Source: Raja brachyura
Lineage: Eukaryota
Length of the DNA stretch: 64,000 nucleotides
Assembly: GCA_963514005.1 (NCBI GenBank)
Contig: OY740788.1
Location: 88,598,001-88,662,000, forward strand
Direction: 5' to 3'
Positions 50,066 to 62,445 of the stretch are shown in pieces (within the stretch, counting starts at the first letter, position 1; the number at the start of each line of letters is the position of its first letter). The translations under genes and the position numbers were made by a program. The notes under the pieces are model-generated. The model searched no databases. It worked only from the letters and a program-made list of their open reading frames with translations, and was not told the origin of the DNA.

Positions 50066-50760
50066 GTGAGTATTTAAATTGGTTCTATTTCCAATCCTAA
50101 CATCACCAGGAATCATGATGTCATGTTGTCAGTTTTACAGAGACAGACATCATTAGAAGTTCACACTGCAAAATGGAGAATGAAAATAGGCCACAATTAT
50201 CTTTTAACTGAATAATGCAGATCACTCGGCACTGCGTTCTGAGACCAGGATGGAGAATGTAATTTGACATTGCCAGAGAGGTACACATAGTGTGAACAGA
50301 TGAATGTAAAGAAATTACAGTATCGGTAGGTTAGTTTCTTCATGTAGAATCACTTTGCTTGAGTTTAGTTTATTGTCACGTCTACCGAGGTACAGTGGAA
50401 AGCTTTTGTTGCCCGCTAACCAGTCAGCGGAAAGACAACACATGATTACAATCGAGCCATCCACAGTTTATACACAGTCACTGTTAGTTGCACCATCTGC
50501 CACACTGAGATCAATTACTCGATGGTCAGCATGGGCTCAGTGGGCTGAAGGGCCTGTTTCCACGCTGCATCTCTACACTAAAGTAAACTACACATTACCA
50601 CCTCAATGATCTATCTGTACTATTTCCATACATTCTTATTCCTCCAATATACAGAGATCTGCTTATCTCTGTGTAGAGCGCAACAAAGGACTAAATACAC
50701 GACTGAACAAAGCTAAATGAAAAATGAAATCCCCATCGTGAGGCAACACCTCCCAACACT

Positions 50761-53700
50761 GGGGGGGGGAGGGGAGAGGGGAGAGGGGGGGGGGGAGAGG
50801 AGGAGGTGGGGGGGGGGAGGAGGAGGTGGGGGGGGGAGGAGGAGGGGGGGGGGAGAGGAGGAGGCGGGGGGGGGAGAGGAGGAGGCGGGGGGGGGAGAGG
50901 AGGCGGGGGGGAGAGGAGGGGGGGGGGAGGAGGAGGGGGGGGGGAGGAGGAGGGGGGGGAGGAGGAGGGGGGGGAGGAGGAGGGGGGGAGAGGAGGAGGG
51001 GGGAGAGGAGGAGGAGGCGGGGGGGGGGAGAGAGGAGGAGGCGGGGGGGAGAGAGGAGGAGGCGGGGGGGGAGAGGAGGAGGCGGGGGGGGAGAGGAGGA
51101 GGCGGGGGGGGAGAGGAGGAGGCGGGGGGGGGAGAGAGGAGGAGGGGGGGAGAGGAGGAGGGGGGGGAGAGGAGGAGGGGGGGAGAGGAGGAGGGGGGGA
51201 GAGAGGAGGAGGGGGGGGAGGAGGGGGGGGGAGAGGAGGGGGGGGGAGAGGAGGAGGGGGGGAGAGGAGAGGGGGGGAGAGGAGGGGGGGGAGAGGAGGA
51301 GGGGGGGGGAGAGGAGGAGGGGGGGGAGAGGAGGAGGGGGGGAGAGGAGGAGGGGGGGGAGAGGAGGGGGGGGAGAGGAGGGGGGGGAGAGGAGGAGGGG
51401 GGGGGAGAGGGAGAGGAGGAGGGGGGGGGGAGAGGGAGAGGAGGAGGAGGGGGGGGAGAGGAGGGGGGGGAGAGAGGAGGGGGGGAGAGAGGAGGGGGGA
51501 GAGAGGAGGGAGAGGGGAGGGGGGGGAGAGGGGAGGGGGGGGGAGAGGGGAGGGGGGGGGAGAGAGGAGGGGGGGGAGAGAGGAGGGGGGGGGAGAGAGG
51601 GGGGGGAGAGAGGAGGGGGGGGAGAGGGGGGAGGGGGGGGGGAGGGGGGGAGAGGAGGAGAGGGGGGGGAGAGGGGGGAGGAGGAGAGGGGGGGGAGAGG
51701 GGGGAGGGGGGGGAGGGGGGGAGAGGGGGGGGAGAGGAGGGAGAGGAGGAGGGGGGGAGAGGAGGAGGGGGGGGAGAGGAGGGGGGGGGAGAGGAGGAGG
51801 GGGGGAGAGGAGGAGGGGGGGGGAGGAGGAGGGGGGGAGGGAGAGAGGAGGGGGGAGGGGGGGAGGGGAAGGGGGGGAAGAGGGGGGGGGAGAGGGGGGG
51901 AGAGGGGGGGGAAGAAAGAGGGGGGGGGAGAAAGGGGGGGGAAGAGGGGGGGGGAAGAGGGGGGGGAAGAGGGGGGGGGAGGGGGGGGAAGGAGGGGGGG
52001 AAGAGGAGGGGGAGGGGGGGGAGAGGAGGGGGGGGAGAGGAAGAGGAGGAGGGGGGGGAGAGGAGGGGGGGAGAGAGGAGGGGGGGAGAGGGGAGGGGGG
52101 GGAGAGGGGAGGGGGGGGAGAGGGGAGGGGGGGGAGAGGGGAGGGGGGGAGGTGGGGGAGGGGGGGGAGGGGGGGAGGGAGGGAGGGAGGAGGGGGGGAG
52201 GGGGGGAGGGGGAAGGAGGGAGGGGGAAGGAGGGGGGAGGGGGTTGAGGAGGGGGGAAGGGGGGGGAGGGAGGAGGGGGAGGGAGGGAGGAGGGAGGGAG
52301 GAGGGCGGGAGGGAGGGGGGGGAGGGGGGGAGGGGAAGAGGGGGGGGGAAGAGGGGGGGGGAAAGAGGGGGGGGGAAAGAGGGGGGGGGAAGAGGGGGGG
52401 GAAAGAGGGGGGGGAAAGAGGGGGGGGAAAGAGGGGGGGGAAGAGGGGGGGGAAGAGGGGGGGGAAGAGGGGGGGGAAGAGGGGGGGGAAGAGGGGGGGG
52501 AAGAGGGGGGGGAGGAGAGGGGGGGGGAGAGGGGGGGGAAGAGGGAGGGGAGAGGGGGGGGAGAGGGGGGGGAGAAAGGGGGGGGGAAGAGGGGGGGGGG
52601 GGGAAGAGGGGGGGGGAGGGGGAAGAGGGGGGGGGAGGGGGGGGGGAGGGGGGGGGAAGAGGGGGGGGGAGGGGGGGGAGGGGGGGAGAGGGAGAGGAGG
52701 AGGGGGGGNNNNNNNNNNNNNNNNNNNNNNNNNNNNNNNNNNNNNNNNNNNNNNNNNNNNNNNNNNNNNNNNNNNNNNNNNNNNNNNNNNNNNNNNNNNN
52801 NNNNNNNNNNNNNNNNNNNNNNNNNNNNNNNNNNNNNNGGGAGGGGGGGAGAGGGGGGGGGGAGGGGGGGAGAGGAGGAGGGGGGGGAGAGGAGGGGGGG
52901 AGAGGAGGAGGGGGGGGAGAGGAGGGGGGGGAGAGGAGGAGGGGGGGGAAGGAGGAGGGGGGGGAGGGAGAGAGGAGGGGGGGAGGGAGAGAGGAGGGGG
53001 GAGGGAGAGAGGAGGGGGGGACAGGAGGGGGCGGGGGACAGGAGGGGGGGGAGAGGAGTTGGGGGGGGGAGACGGGAGGGGGGGGAGACAGGAGTGGGGG
53101 GAGAGAGAAGGGGGGGAGAGAGAAGGGGGGGGACAGAGAAGGGGGGGAGAGAGAAGGGGGAGAAGGGGGGGGAGGAGGAGGGGGGAGGGGGGGGAGGGGG
53201 GGAAGAGGGGGAGAAGGGGGGGAGGGGGGAGGGGGGGAGGGGGGGGAAGGAGGGGGGAGGGGGGGAGGGGGGGAGGGGGGGGAAGGAGGGGGGAGGGGGG
53301 GGAGGGAGGGAGGGAGGAGGGGGGGGAGGGGGGGAGGGGGGAAGGAGGGGAGGGGGAAGGAGGGAGGGGGAAGGGGGGGGGGGAAGGGGGGGGGGGGGAA
53401 GGGGGGGGAGGGGGGAGGAGGGGGGGGGGGAAAGAGGGGGGGGGAAAGAGGGGGGGGGGAAAGAGGGGGGGGGAAAGAGGGGGGGGGGAAAGAGGGGGGG
53501 GGGGAAAGAGGGGGGGGGGAGGGGGTGGAGAGAGGAGGGGGGGGAGAGGAGAGGGCGGGGACAGGAGGGGGGGAGGAGTGGGGGGGGAGACAGGGGGGGA
53601 CAGGAGGGGGGGACAGGAGTGGGGGGGGAGGGGGGGACAGAGAAGGGGGGGAGAGAGAAGGGGGAGAAGGGGGGGGAGGAGGAGGGGGAGGGGGGGGAGG

Positions 53701-55557
53701 GGGGGAAGAGGGGGAGAAGGGGGGGAGGGGGAGGGGGGGGAGGGGGGGGAAGGAGGGGGGAGGGGGGGAAGGAGGGGGGAGGGGGGGAGGGGGGAGGGGG
53801 GGAGGGGGGGGAAGGAGGGGGGGAAGAGGAGGGGGAGGGGGGGAGAGGAGGGGGGGGAGAGGAAGAGGAGGAGGGGGGGAGAGGAGGGGGGGAGAGAGGA
53901 GGGGGGGAGAGAGGAGGGGGGGAGAGGGGAGGGGGGGGAGAGGGGAGGGGGGGGAGAGGGGAGGGGGGGGAGAGGGGAGGGGGGGAGGTGGGGGAGGGGG
54001 GGGAGGGGGGGAGGGAGGGAGGGAGGAGGGGGGGAGGGGGGGAGGGGGAAGGAGGGAGGGGGAAGGAGGGGGGAGGGGGTTGAGGAGGGGGGAAGGGGGG
54101 GGAGGGAGGAGGGGGAGGGAGGGAGGAGGGCGGGGAGGGAGGGGGGGGGAGGGGGGGGAGGGGGGGGAGGGGGGGGAGGGGGGGGAGGGGAAGAGGGGAA
54201 GGGGGGGGAGAGGGGGGGGAAGAGGGGGGGGAAGAGGGGGGGGGGAGAGGGGGGGGAAGAGGGGAGGGGAGAGGGGGGGGGAGAAAGAGGGGGGGGAAGA
54301 GGGGGAAGAGGGGGGGGAAGAGGGGGGGGGGGGAAGAGGGGGGGGAGGGGGAAGAGGGGGGGGAGGGGGGGGGGGGGGGAGAGGGGGGGAGGGGGGGGGA
54401 GGGGGGGAGAGGAGAGAGGAGGGGGGGAGAGAGGAGGGGGGGAGAGAGGAGGGGGGGGAGAGAGGAGGGGGGGAGAGGAGGGGGGGGAGAGGAGGGGGGG
54501 GAGGGGAGGGGGGGGGAGAGGGGAGGGGGGGAGAGGGGAGGGGGGGAGAGGGGGGGGAGGGGGGGAGAGGAGGAGGGGGGGGAGAGGAGGGGGGGAGAGG
54601 AGGAGGGGGGGGGAGAGGAGGGGGGGGAGAGGAGGAGGGGGGGGAAGGAGGAGGGGGGGGAGGGAGAGAGGAGGGGGGGAGGGAGAGAGGAGGGGGGAGG
54701 GAGAGAGGAGGGGGGGACAGGAGGGGGCGGGGGACAGGAGGGGGGGAGAGGAGTTGGGGGGGGGAGACGGGAGGGGGGGGGACAGGAGTGGGGGGAGAGA
54801 GAAGGGGGGGAGAGAGAAGGGGGGGGACAGAGAAGGGGGGGAGAGAGAAGGGGGAGAAGGGGGGGGGAGGAGGAGGGGGGAGGGGGGGGAGGGGGGGAAG
54901 AGGGGGAGAAGGGGGGGAGGGGGGAGGGGGGGGAGGGGGGGGAAGGAGGGGGGGAGGGGGGGAGGGGGGGAGGGGGGGGAAGGAGGGGGGAGGGGGGGGA
55001 GGGAGGGAGGGAGGAGGGGAGGAGGGGGGGGAGGGGGGGAGGGGGAAGGAGGGAGGGGGAAGGAGGGAGGGGGAAGGAGGGGGGGGGGAAGGGGGGGGGG
55101 GGGGGGGAAGGGGGGGGAGGGGGGGGGGGGGGGAGGAGGGGGGGGGAAAGAGGGGGGGGGGGGAAGAGGGGGGGGGGGAAAGAGGGGGGGGGGGAAGAGG
55201 GGGGGGGGGAAGAGGGGGGGGGGAAGAGGGGGGGGGGGGAAGAGGGGGGGGGGAAAGAGGGGGGGGGGAAAGAGGGGGGGGGGGAAAGAGGGGGGGGGGA
55301 GGGGGGGGAGAGAGGAGGGGGGGGAGAGGAGAGGGCGGGGACAGGAGGGGGGGGAGGAGTGGGGGGGGAGACAGGGGGGGGACAGGAGGGGGGGACAGGA
55401 GTGGGGGGGGAGGGGGGGAGAGAGAAGGGGGGAGAAGGGGGGAGAAGGGGGGGAGGAGGAGGAGAGGGGGGAGGGGGGGAAGGGAAGGGGGGGGAAGGGA
55501 AGGGGGGAAGGGAAGGGGGGGGAAGAAGAGAGGGGGAGAGAGGGGGGGAGGAGGGGG
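50761..55557 (+). repeat. ~4.8-kb G-rich polypurine low-complexity array
   Basis: Almost exclusively G runs separated by A. Rare pyrimidine landmarks recur about 1.7-1.8 kb apart. Confidence 0.95.
52709..52838. other. Assembly gap (130 N)
   Basis: Run of N characters. Confidence 0.99.
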
Positions 55558-56038
55558 ATCATGTTTTCTTCTCAGCTCTGCAGTTGAGAAGGATTGAAGC
55601 AGCCTTTCAAGGATTTTGCCGTTGGAGAGGGCACAGACGCAGGGGGCTTCATAGTTTAACTTATCGTTGGGCTGTTGAAGCATTCCTCTGGTCTGGGAAG
55701 CCTCCACCAGTGTGAAAATTCCTGAGTTTTCTCCACATTGTCGAGGGTGCGGTTGTCGTTGGCGGACTGCCAAGAGTGCCTATGATCGAGGGTAGGAAGT
55801 TTGCGGTGTCTTTGTCGTTTTTAGCGCCGTTTCTCTGCCCTAAAGTCATTTTGCACAGTGCGGCTGCCTGGCTTAATGTGAAGAAGGTACTTTTGCTTCC
55901 GGCGAGACTGTGATAGAGCTTCCCAAAAGCTGCTCTTGGCTGTGGACGAACCTGGGGACTTTCCTGCTTCAGCTGGAGGTTTCTGTTTTCTGCTGCCTGT
56001 CTTTGACTGTGCCTGTCTCTGGGACTTAACTTGGAGCT

Positions 56039-58463
56039 GTGCTGCTGGGGTGCCTGGAGCTGTATTGTGCCTCTGTTAGAATGGCGATGGAAGGGGCGCG
56101 GCCGAAGGTCCGGACCTACGCAGCGTTGGCATCAGTGGCGGGTACGAGGCCATCTGAGCTTGAGCCTCATGTTGACTTGGATGGGGACATTTTTGGTGTC
56201 TCGGTTCAAACTGGGCCTATGATGTCTAGGGGGGCAATTACAAAGGTCATGAATGAACTTCTTGGGAGGGGGGCTATTGTCTCTTCCGAGCATGAAAGAG
56301 GAAAGGTTGAGATGATACTTAAGACCCGGGAGTGTGTGGCCCAAGCGTTGGAGTTGGGGATCTCAGTGGGGGGGGGGGTCCACATACAGGTGGATCCGTG
56401 GGTATCTAGGGTGAGACCGGTTCTCCTGCGGAGCTGCCCCACTTATATTTCGGATGCATTACTTATTCCACACCTGTCCAAGTTCGGGGAGGTGCGGTCT
56501 AAATGCTTTAGGCTCTTGCATCCCGGGGGGGACCCGGAGGAAAAAGGGGTCTTCAGTTTCAAGAGGAGGGTGTTCATGAAGGTGGGTGAGGGGGATGGTG
56601 CTGAGGGGAGTTTTGAGGTGGTGTATAAGGGTATCCCCAGAACCGTGCGTTGGAGTTGGGGAAAGGCACGGTGTCATGCGTGCGGCGAATTTGGACAACT
56701 CCGTAGGGAGTGTCTTATTCGCGGGGTCACTGCTAGAAGTTCTAGCGCAGTGGCCCAGGAATGCACTGCTGGCCCATCTGGGGTGGCTTGTCAAACCTCA
56801 GTGGCGCGGGGTGGTACTGCTGACCCGGCTAGGGCTTCCAGCTCTGCCTTGGTGATCCGGGGCGGCAGTGATAATCCTTCCGGGTCCGCAGGTTCCGCTT
56901 TGGGGACCCTGGGCAGCGAAAGCCCACATCCCCCATGTCCTGCGCCTGTGGCGGCGGATGAAGGTGGGGCACAGGATGAGGGGAGAGGAGAGGGGGGGAT
57001 TTGGGAGAAGCAGGGGAAGAAGAACAAGAAGAAGAAGAGGAAAAAGGCCGCCCGAGCGAAGAAAATGCAATCGAGTGTGCACCTGCCGAGTTCTGTGACC
57101 ACCCAAGGGGCGCCTGGCAGCTCCAGTGAGGTGCAGACTGCACCTGCTGGGGCCCAGCAAGGAGTTGAGGTGGTTCAGAAGGGGGCAGGAGAGCCAAAAC
57201 GTGCGGGTGGCAAAGTGGATGGGGGTAATATGGAGGCGGATGACCCTTCCTTTATGGAGGTTACCGTACCTCCGCATGCTAGCGGGACAAAAAGGAGGCA
57301 TTTGCCTGGTGAAGATGAGCAAGGGAGTTGGTCCAAAGCTAGGGGGATGTCTTTCTCCGGGCTTTCCACCACTGATGTGGCTGAAAGTGGTCTTGACCTG
57401 GTGTCTTCTGGGTCGGTGGTTGGGCCTTCTTTTCATGGATCTACAGCAGGTGTCACAGGACCAGGTGCTGAGGTTGATTCCGGTGGAGTTGTGTCCTCTG
57501 GACGGGAGTTTGTCCCTTCATCTCAGGGGCCCTCCGAGGGAGTTATCTCATCGGGTGTTGAGGTTAGCTCCCTTGGGTGTGTGCCCTCTGGGTCGGAGGA
57601 GGTCCCCTCGTTTCAGAGGCCCACTGAGGGTGCTAGCACGCTAGTTGACGTGGTTGGCTCCCCTGGTAGTGTGCCCCCTGTGACGGGGGATGAGCAGAGT
57701 CAGCCCGAGAGGGGAGATTCGGGGGCATTATTGTTTCAGTCTGTGCTCCATATCAGTGCCAGTGGAGGTGCTGGGGGGCGTGAGGCCTCAACGGATGAGT
57801 TGTCTGGGGAGAGTTTAATAGCAGGTGGTGATTCTCTGGGTGATGCCTGTGGAGAGGGCACTCTAGATGATGTGGAGGTCGGGACTGTTTTGGGTCGTGA
57901 TCCTCTTTCAGACTCCAAGGGTGCCGGTGCACCACAGGCCCTGGGGATGCCTCTTGTCTTTGCTTCCCCAGGCCCAGACGTGGAGGGTGATGGTAGCGTG
58001 CAGAAGCCCAGCCATTCAGTGGGCTGCGTGTTTCAGTCAGGGGTGTCGGGACCCTCCCCCGGCATTGATCCTGGGGGTGGTGTCGTGGCTGAGGAGGGGG
58101 AGTGTGACGGGGCCAGTGTGTGCAGTGAGGATAGCGATTTGTCAGAGTTCTGGTCTTTTTGAGCTTGTTGATTCAGGTGTGAGCGGGTTGGCTGCACGCC
58201 CAGGCCCCAAGGCCGTGTCTCAGGCAAATGTTATCTTTGAGGTGCGAGAGTTTCTAAAAACAAGCCGTTCCAGCAGAACCAAAAAGGAGGCTGCTAAAAG
58301 ACGGTGGGGGGACTGACTAGCTTTGATTAAGAGTCTCGAGGCTATCCTTGGCAACAAGGATAGTGGTCTTCCTGACTCTGAGAAGAGACAGTTTGGGGTT
58401 TTTTTGGAGTTCCTCAGAGGAGGAGTTCTTGAGTCTAAGCGGAGTGTGAGGTTCTCAATCTAG
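56039..58463 (+). pseudogene. Tx1 ORF1 (RRM-like region, zinc knuckle, long disordered tail)
   Basis: 707-aa ORF with CPTYISDALL, VFSFKRRVFM and CHACGEFGQLRREC. The C-terminus appears to continue in another frame (EVREFLKTSR...). Confidence 0.8.
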
Positions 58464-61400
58464 TGTGCCTACACATTCACAGTAGTTACATTAAATTTAA
58501 ATGGGAGTAGAGCGAGTTTTCGTAGATTTCAGCTCTTATCAGCCCTAAGAGAGGGGAAATTTGTGGTGTGTTTTCTGCAAGAGACACATACCGTTGTTAG
58601 TGACGAACCCACCTGGCGACTGGAGTGGGAAGGGGGGGTTTATATGAGCCATCTCAGCTCAAATTCGAGTGGGGTGGCTTTTCTGTTGGCTCCGAATTTT
58701 CTGCCAAGCGTTTTAAAAGTGGAGGAAGTGGTGCCAGGACGTTTGCTCCATCTGGCCGTGAGCCTGGATGGCATGCCGTTGCATTTCATTAACGTGTATG
58801 CCCCTAGCTCCGGCACGATGCAGGCCGGCCTACTTCAGGAGGTGAATGCTCTGTTGATAGGGGAGAGTGTGTCTTCCTTGGTGGGGACTTTAATTGCACA
58901 CTTGAGGTGCGGGACCGTTCTGGTACTCAGTGTGCGCCTGCTGTAGCAAAGAAGCTGAGAGGCTTGATTGACTCCTTTGAGTTGGTTGATGCTTGGAGGG
59001 ACCTTCACCCTGATTCCACTGCTTTTTCGCGGAGGTCTGAGGGCGGTGGTTCCCGCATTGATCGGTTTTATATTTCCCGAGCATTTGTTTCCCGTGTCTC
59101 AGCGGCCTCAATGCGGCTGGTGCCGTCCTCGGACCACTGTCTGGTGCGTGTGGATTTTAATCCAGCGTGCGCTCGGGCTGGGACCGCGTACTGGCACTTC
59201 AACAACAGGCTGCTGGAGGATCGGTGTTTCCGGGAGTCATTCAGTCGGGTTTGGGTGAAGTGGAGATAGAGACAGAGGTGCTTCTCTTCCCTTAGGCAGT
59301 GGTGGGATGTGGGGAAAGCTCACATCCATCTCTTTTGCAAGGAATATACGTGGGGGTCGACTGGAAGGCGGGACTCAGCGGTCGAGAAGCTGGAGAGGGA
59401 GATACAGGACGCTGAGTCTCGCCTGGGTCAGTTTGGTGAAGACTCCAGCGAATGGGGAGAGTTTCAGAGGAAGAAGGAGGTTTTGAGGAGTCTGCTGCTT
59501 GAGCGGTCCCGAGGCGCTTACGTGAGGTCTCGGGTCCAGATGCTGCACGATCTGGACCGAGCGTCGCCTTTCTTTTTCTCTCTGGAGAAGGGGCGGGGAG
59601 CTCGAAAACAGCTCGTGGAGTTGCTTGCAGATGACGTCTCCTCTGTCACTGATCCAGAGAGGATCAATGCCTTGGTTAGGTCCTTTTATGGGTCCCTGTT
59701 CTCTGCGGATGGATTCAGCGTGGAGGCTCAGCAAGATCTGTGGGAGGGTCTACCGACTGTAGATGGGGAGGTGGCTGATCTTCTTGATGGCCCCTTATCT
59801 TTGGAGGAGTTGACTCGCGCCTTGCATCAGCTCAGGAGGGGTAAGTCCCCCGGGCTGGATGGGTTGACGGTGGAGTTTGTTAGAGCTTTCTGGGATATCC
59901 TCGGGGGTGACTACATGTTGGTTCTGGGGGAGAGCCTGGCGACTGGAGTGATGCCTCTCTCGTGGCGTAGGACAGTTGTTGTCTTGCTGCCTAAGAAGGG
60001 CGAACTCCGTTTGTTGAAGAACTGGCGTCCAGTCTCTCTCCTATGCACAGAATATAAAATTTTTGCACGGGCAATGGCTAATCGCCTGGGTTCCATGCTG
60101 CATTAATTGATTCATCCTGACCAATCTTATACAGTCCCTGGCCGGTCCATCCAGGATAACATCCACCTGGTTAGGGACCTGATTCATTTAGTCCAGGGTA
60201 CTGGTGAGTCAGCTGCTTTTCTGTCTCTTGATCAGGAGAAGGCTTTTGATAGGGTTGAGCATGAATACCTATTTGGGACGTTGCAAGCGTTTGGGTTTGG
60301 ACCGCATTTCGTGGCCCGGGTCCGGCTTTTGTACGCTGCTGCGGAGTGCCTTGTGAAGGTTAATGGCGCGTTGTTGTCTCCTTTTCATTTTGGGAGGGGG
60401 GTTCGCCAGGGGTGCCCTATGTCGGGCCAGTTGTACTTGGTCTGCGTGGAGCCGTTCCTGTGTCTTCTTCGGAGGAGGTTGACAGGCCTGGCCCTACCTG
60501 GCCCGCGGGTTGAGGTGATTCTATCGGCGTATGCCGATGATGTACTTCTTATGTTCACTGATCCTGGTGACCTGCGGAGGATGCGTGACTGCCAGGAGAT
60601 TTTCTCGGCTGCATGTTCTGCTAGGATTAACTGGAGTAAGTGCTCTGGACTTTTAGTGGGTCAGTGGCAGGTAGACTCCCTGCCGGAGGAGATGGCATTG
60701 TATGTGTGGAGTAACACGCACCTCCTCTATCTGGGGGTGTACCTGAGCCCCACTGAGGATGCTTGGCCGGCAAACTGGCAGGAGTTGGAGACAAAAGTGG
60801 TTGCCCGGCTGGGGCGCTGGTCAGGCCTGCTTGGAGTTCTCTCCTTTCGGGGGAGGGTGCTGGTTATAAACCAGCTGGTGGCCTCCATGTTATGGTACCG
60901 GCTGGCTACTCTTGTCCCACCCTCTATATTTGTAACTGCTTTACAGAAGAAGCTGGTAGATTTCTTTTGGGGAAATAGGAAGCACTGGATTTCTGCGGCG
61001 GTTCTGAGTCTCCCGTTAGAGGAGGGCGGCCACGGTATGCGTGCGTACCCAGGTGGCGGCTCTCCGACTCAGGACTCTGCGGAGATACATGTATGTAGAG
61101 AACCCTCCCAGATGGCACGCTCTGGCCACGTATTTTTTCCATCAGGGTCGTTGCCTAAGGGGGGGTCTCGCGGCTCCCGTTGGCGGGCATCAGTCGACCC
61201 GCTCTAAGGGGCTTGCCTGTCTTCTACAGGGATGTGCTAAGAGTGAGGAATTTGGCTGTTTTCAGCCAGAGTGTTGCTCCACGAGGGGAGGGGGATGTTG
61301 TGGCTGCGGGTGTGGCCGGTCCTCATCCTGTCATGGTGGGTGTCGAGGAGAGGCGCGAGCCTAGAGTGGTTCAGATAGAGCTTACCCCTGCTCCATCAGA

Positions 61401-62155
61401 TCTGCTCATCGGGCCTAGGCTCCGGGATATTTCTCGGCCTCCGGCTCCACATAATCTGAGCTGCCTTTCTGAGATGACCAGCATGCCATTTCATGAGGCG
61501 AAGAGACGCGCACTGTATAGGATGCTCCTGCACATTCTGAACCACCGTGCCTTCGTCTCCCGTCCTGACTCACCATGGAGGACGGTGTTACCATCCGAAG
61601 GCAGGGGGGGGTCCCCAGTGGGGGTCCTTCTATAAGGGAGTCGTACCCCTTTATATTGGGGACCTGGGGTGGAGAGTGTTGCATGGAGCGGTGGTTTGTA
61701 ATAAACTTTTGAGTCGGTTCACGGGCTCGTCCGCCGCATGTATTTTCTGCGGAGAGGAGGAGACCGTGTTCCATGTGTATATGGAGTGTGAGAGGCTACT
61801 GCCCCTGTACCAATATCTGAAGGGGTTGTTCCTCAAGTTTTGGCTGCATTTTAGCCCCACAATCCTGGTGTTCGGACACAAGGCAGGGAGTGGGGAGAGC
61901 CGAGTGTGGGGGGGGGACTTACCTGTCGGTTTGCTCCTCGGCCTGGCTAAGATGTCCATTCGTGGGTCCAGGCAGCGGGCGGTCGACGGTCAGGCGAGAG
62001 TCGGCTGCCTGCCCCTCTTTCGGGCCTACGTCCGTGCACGTGTGTCCCTGGAGAGGGAACACGCGGTGTCCATGGGGACTCTGGAGGCCTTCCGCTGGTC
62101 ACCGCGTGGGGTTGAGGCGATTATAAATAATGATTGTACTGTTGTACTACAATGA
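58464..62155 (+). pseudogene. Tx1 ORF2 (endonuclease, reverse transcriptase, zf-RVT)
   Basis: TLNLNG, FLQETH, INVYAP, SRIDRFY, SDH, KSPGLDGL, KNWRPVSLL, LDQEKAFDRV, GVRQGCP, YADD and CIFCGEEETVFHVYMEC, with several stops and frameshifts. Confidence 0.92.
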
Positions 62156-62445
62156 TCTGTTCGTTATAGTGTGATTTTGATTATGTTTTGATGTATTGTA
62201 TTTTATGATTGTGTTGAATAAAGTTTTTGAAATGGAAAAAAAAAAAAAGAGAGAGAGAGTCGTGAACAGGGAGAAAGTTGCAATCAGTTGCAATCATGAT
62301 TTTAATATCAGTTGCGAACCAAGTTAGCATCACTTTTACATGAGGTTATCTAATGACCAAGGATGAATGTATTTTAAGTTGAAACACATACAGTATTTAG
62401 CACCCCCAACATTAGTGTTCATCTATTGATATTTTCCCTTTCAAG

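Larger units (their letters stand above)
55558..62248 (+). mobile_element. Near full-length Tx1-type (L1 clade) LINE, inactivated
   Basis: 5' UTR, ORF1, ORF2 (APE-RT-zinc finger), AATAAA at ~62217, and poly(A) at 62236-62248 followed by (GA)n. Confidence 0.92.

Noticed and set aside
50691-55773. 1600-aa poly-Pro and poly-Gly/Arg/Glu ORFs
   Set aside because: Artefact of a G/A-only array that cannot encode stop codons; it spans an assembly gap.
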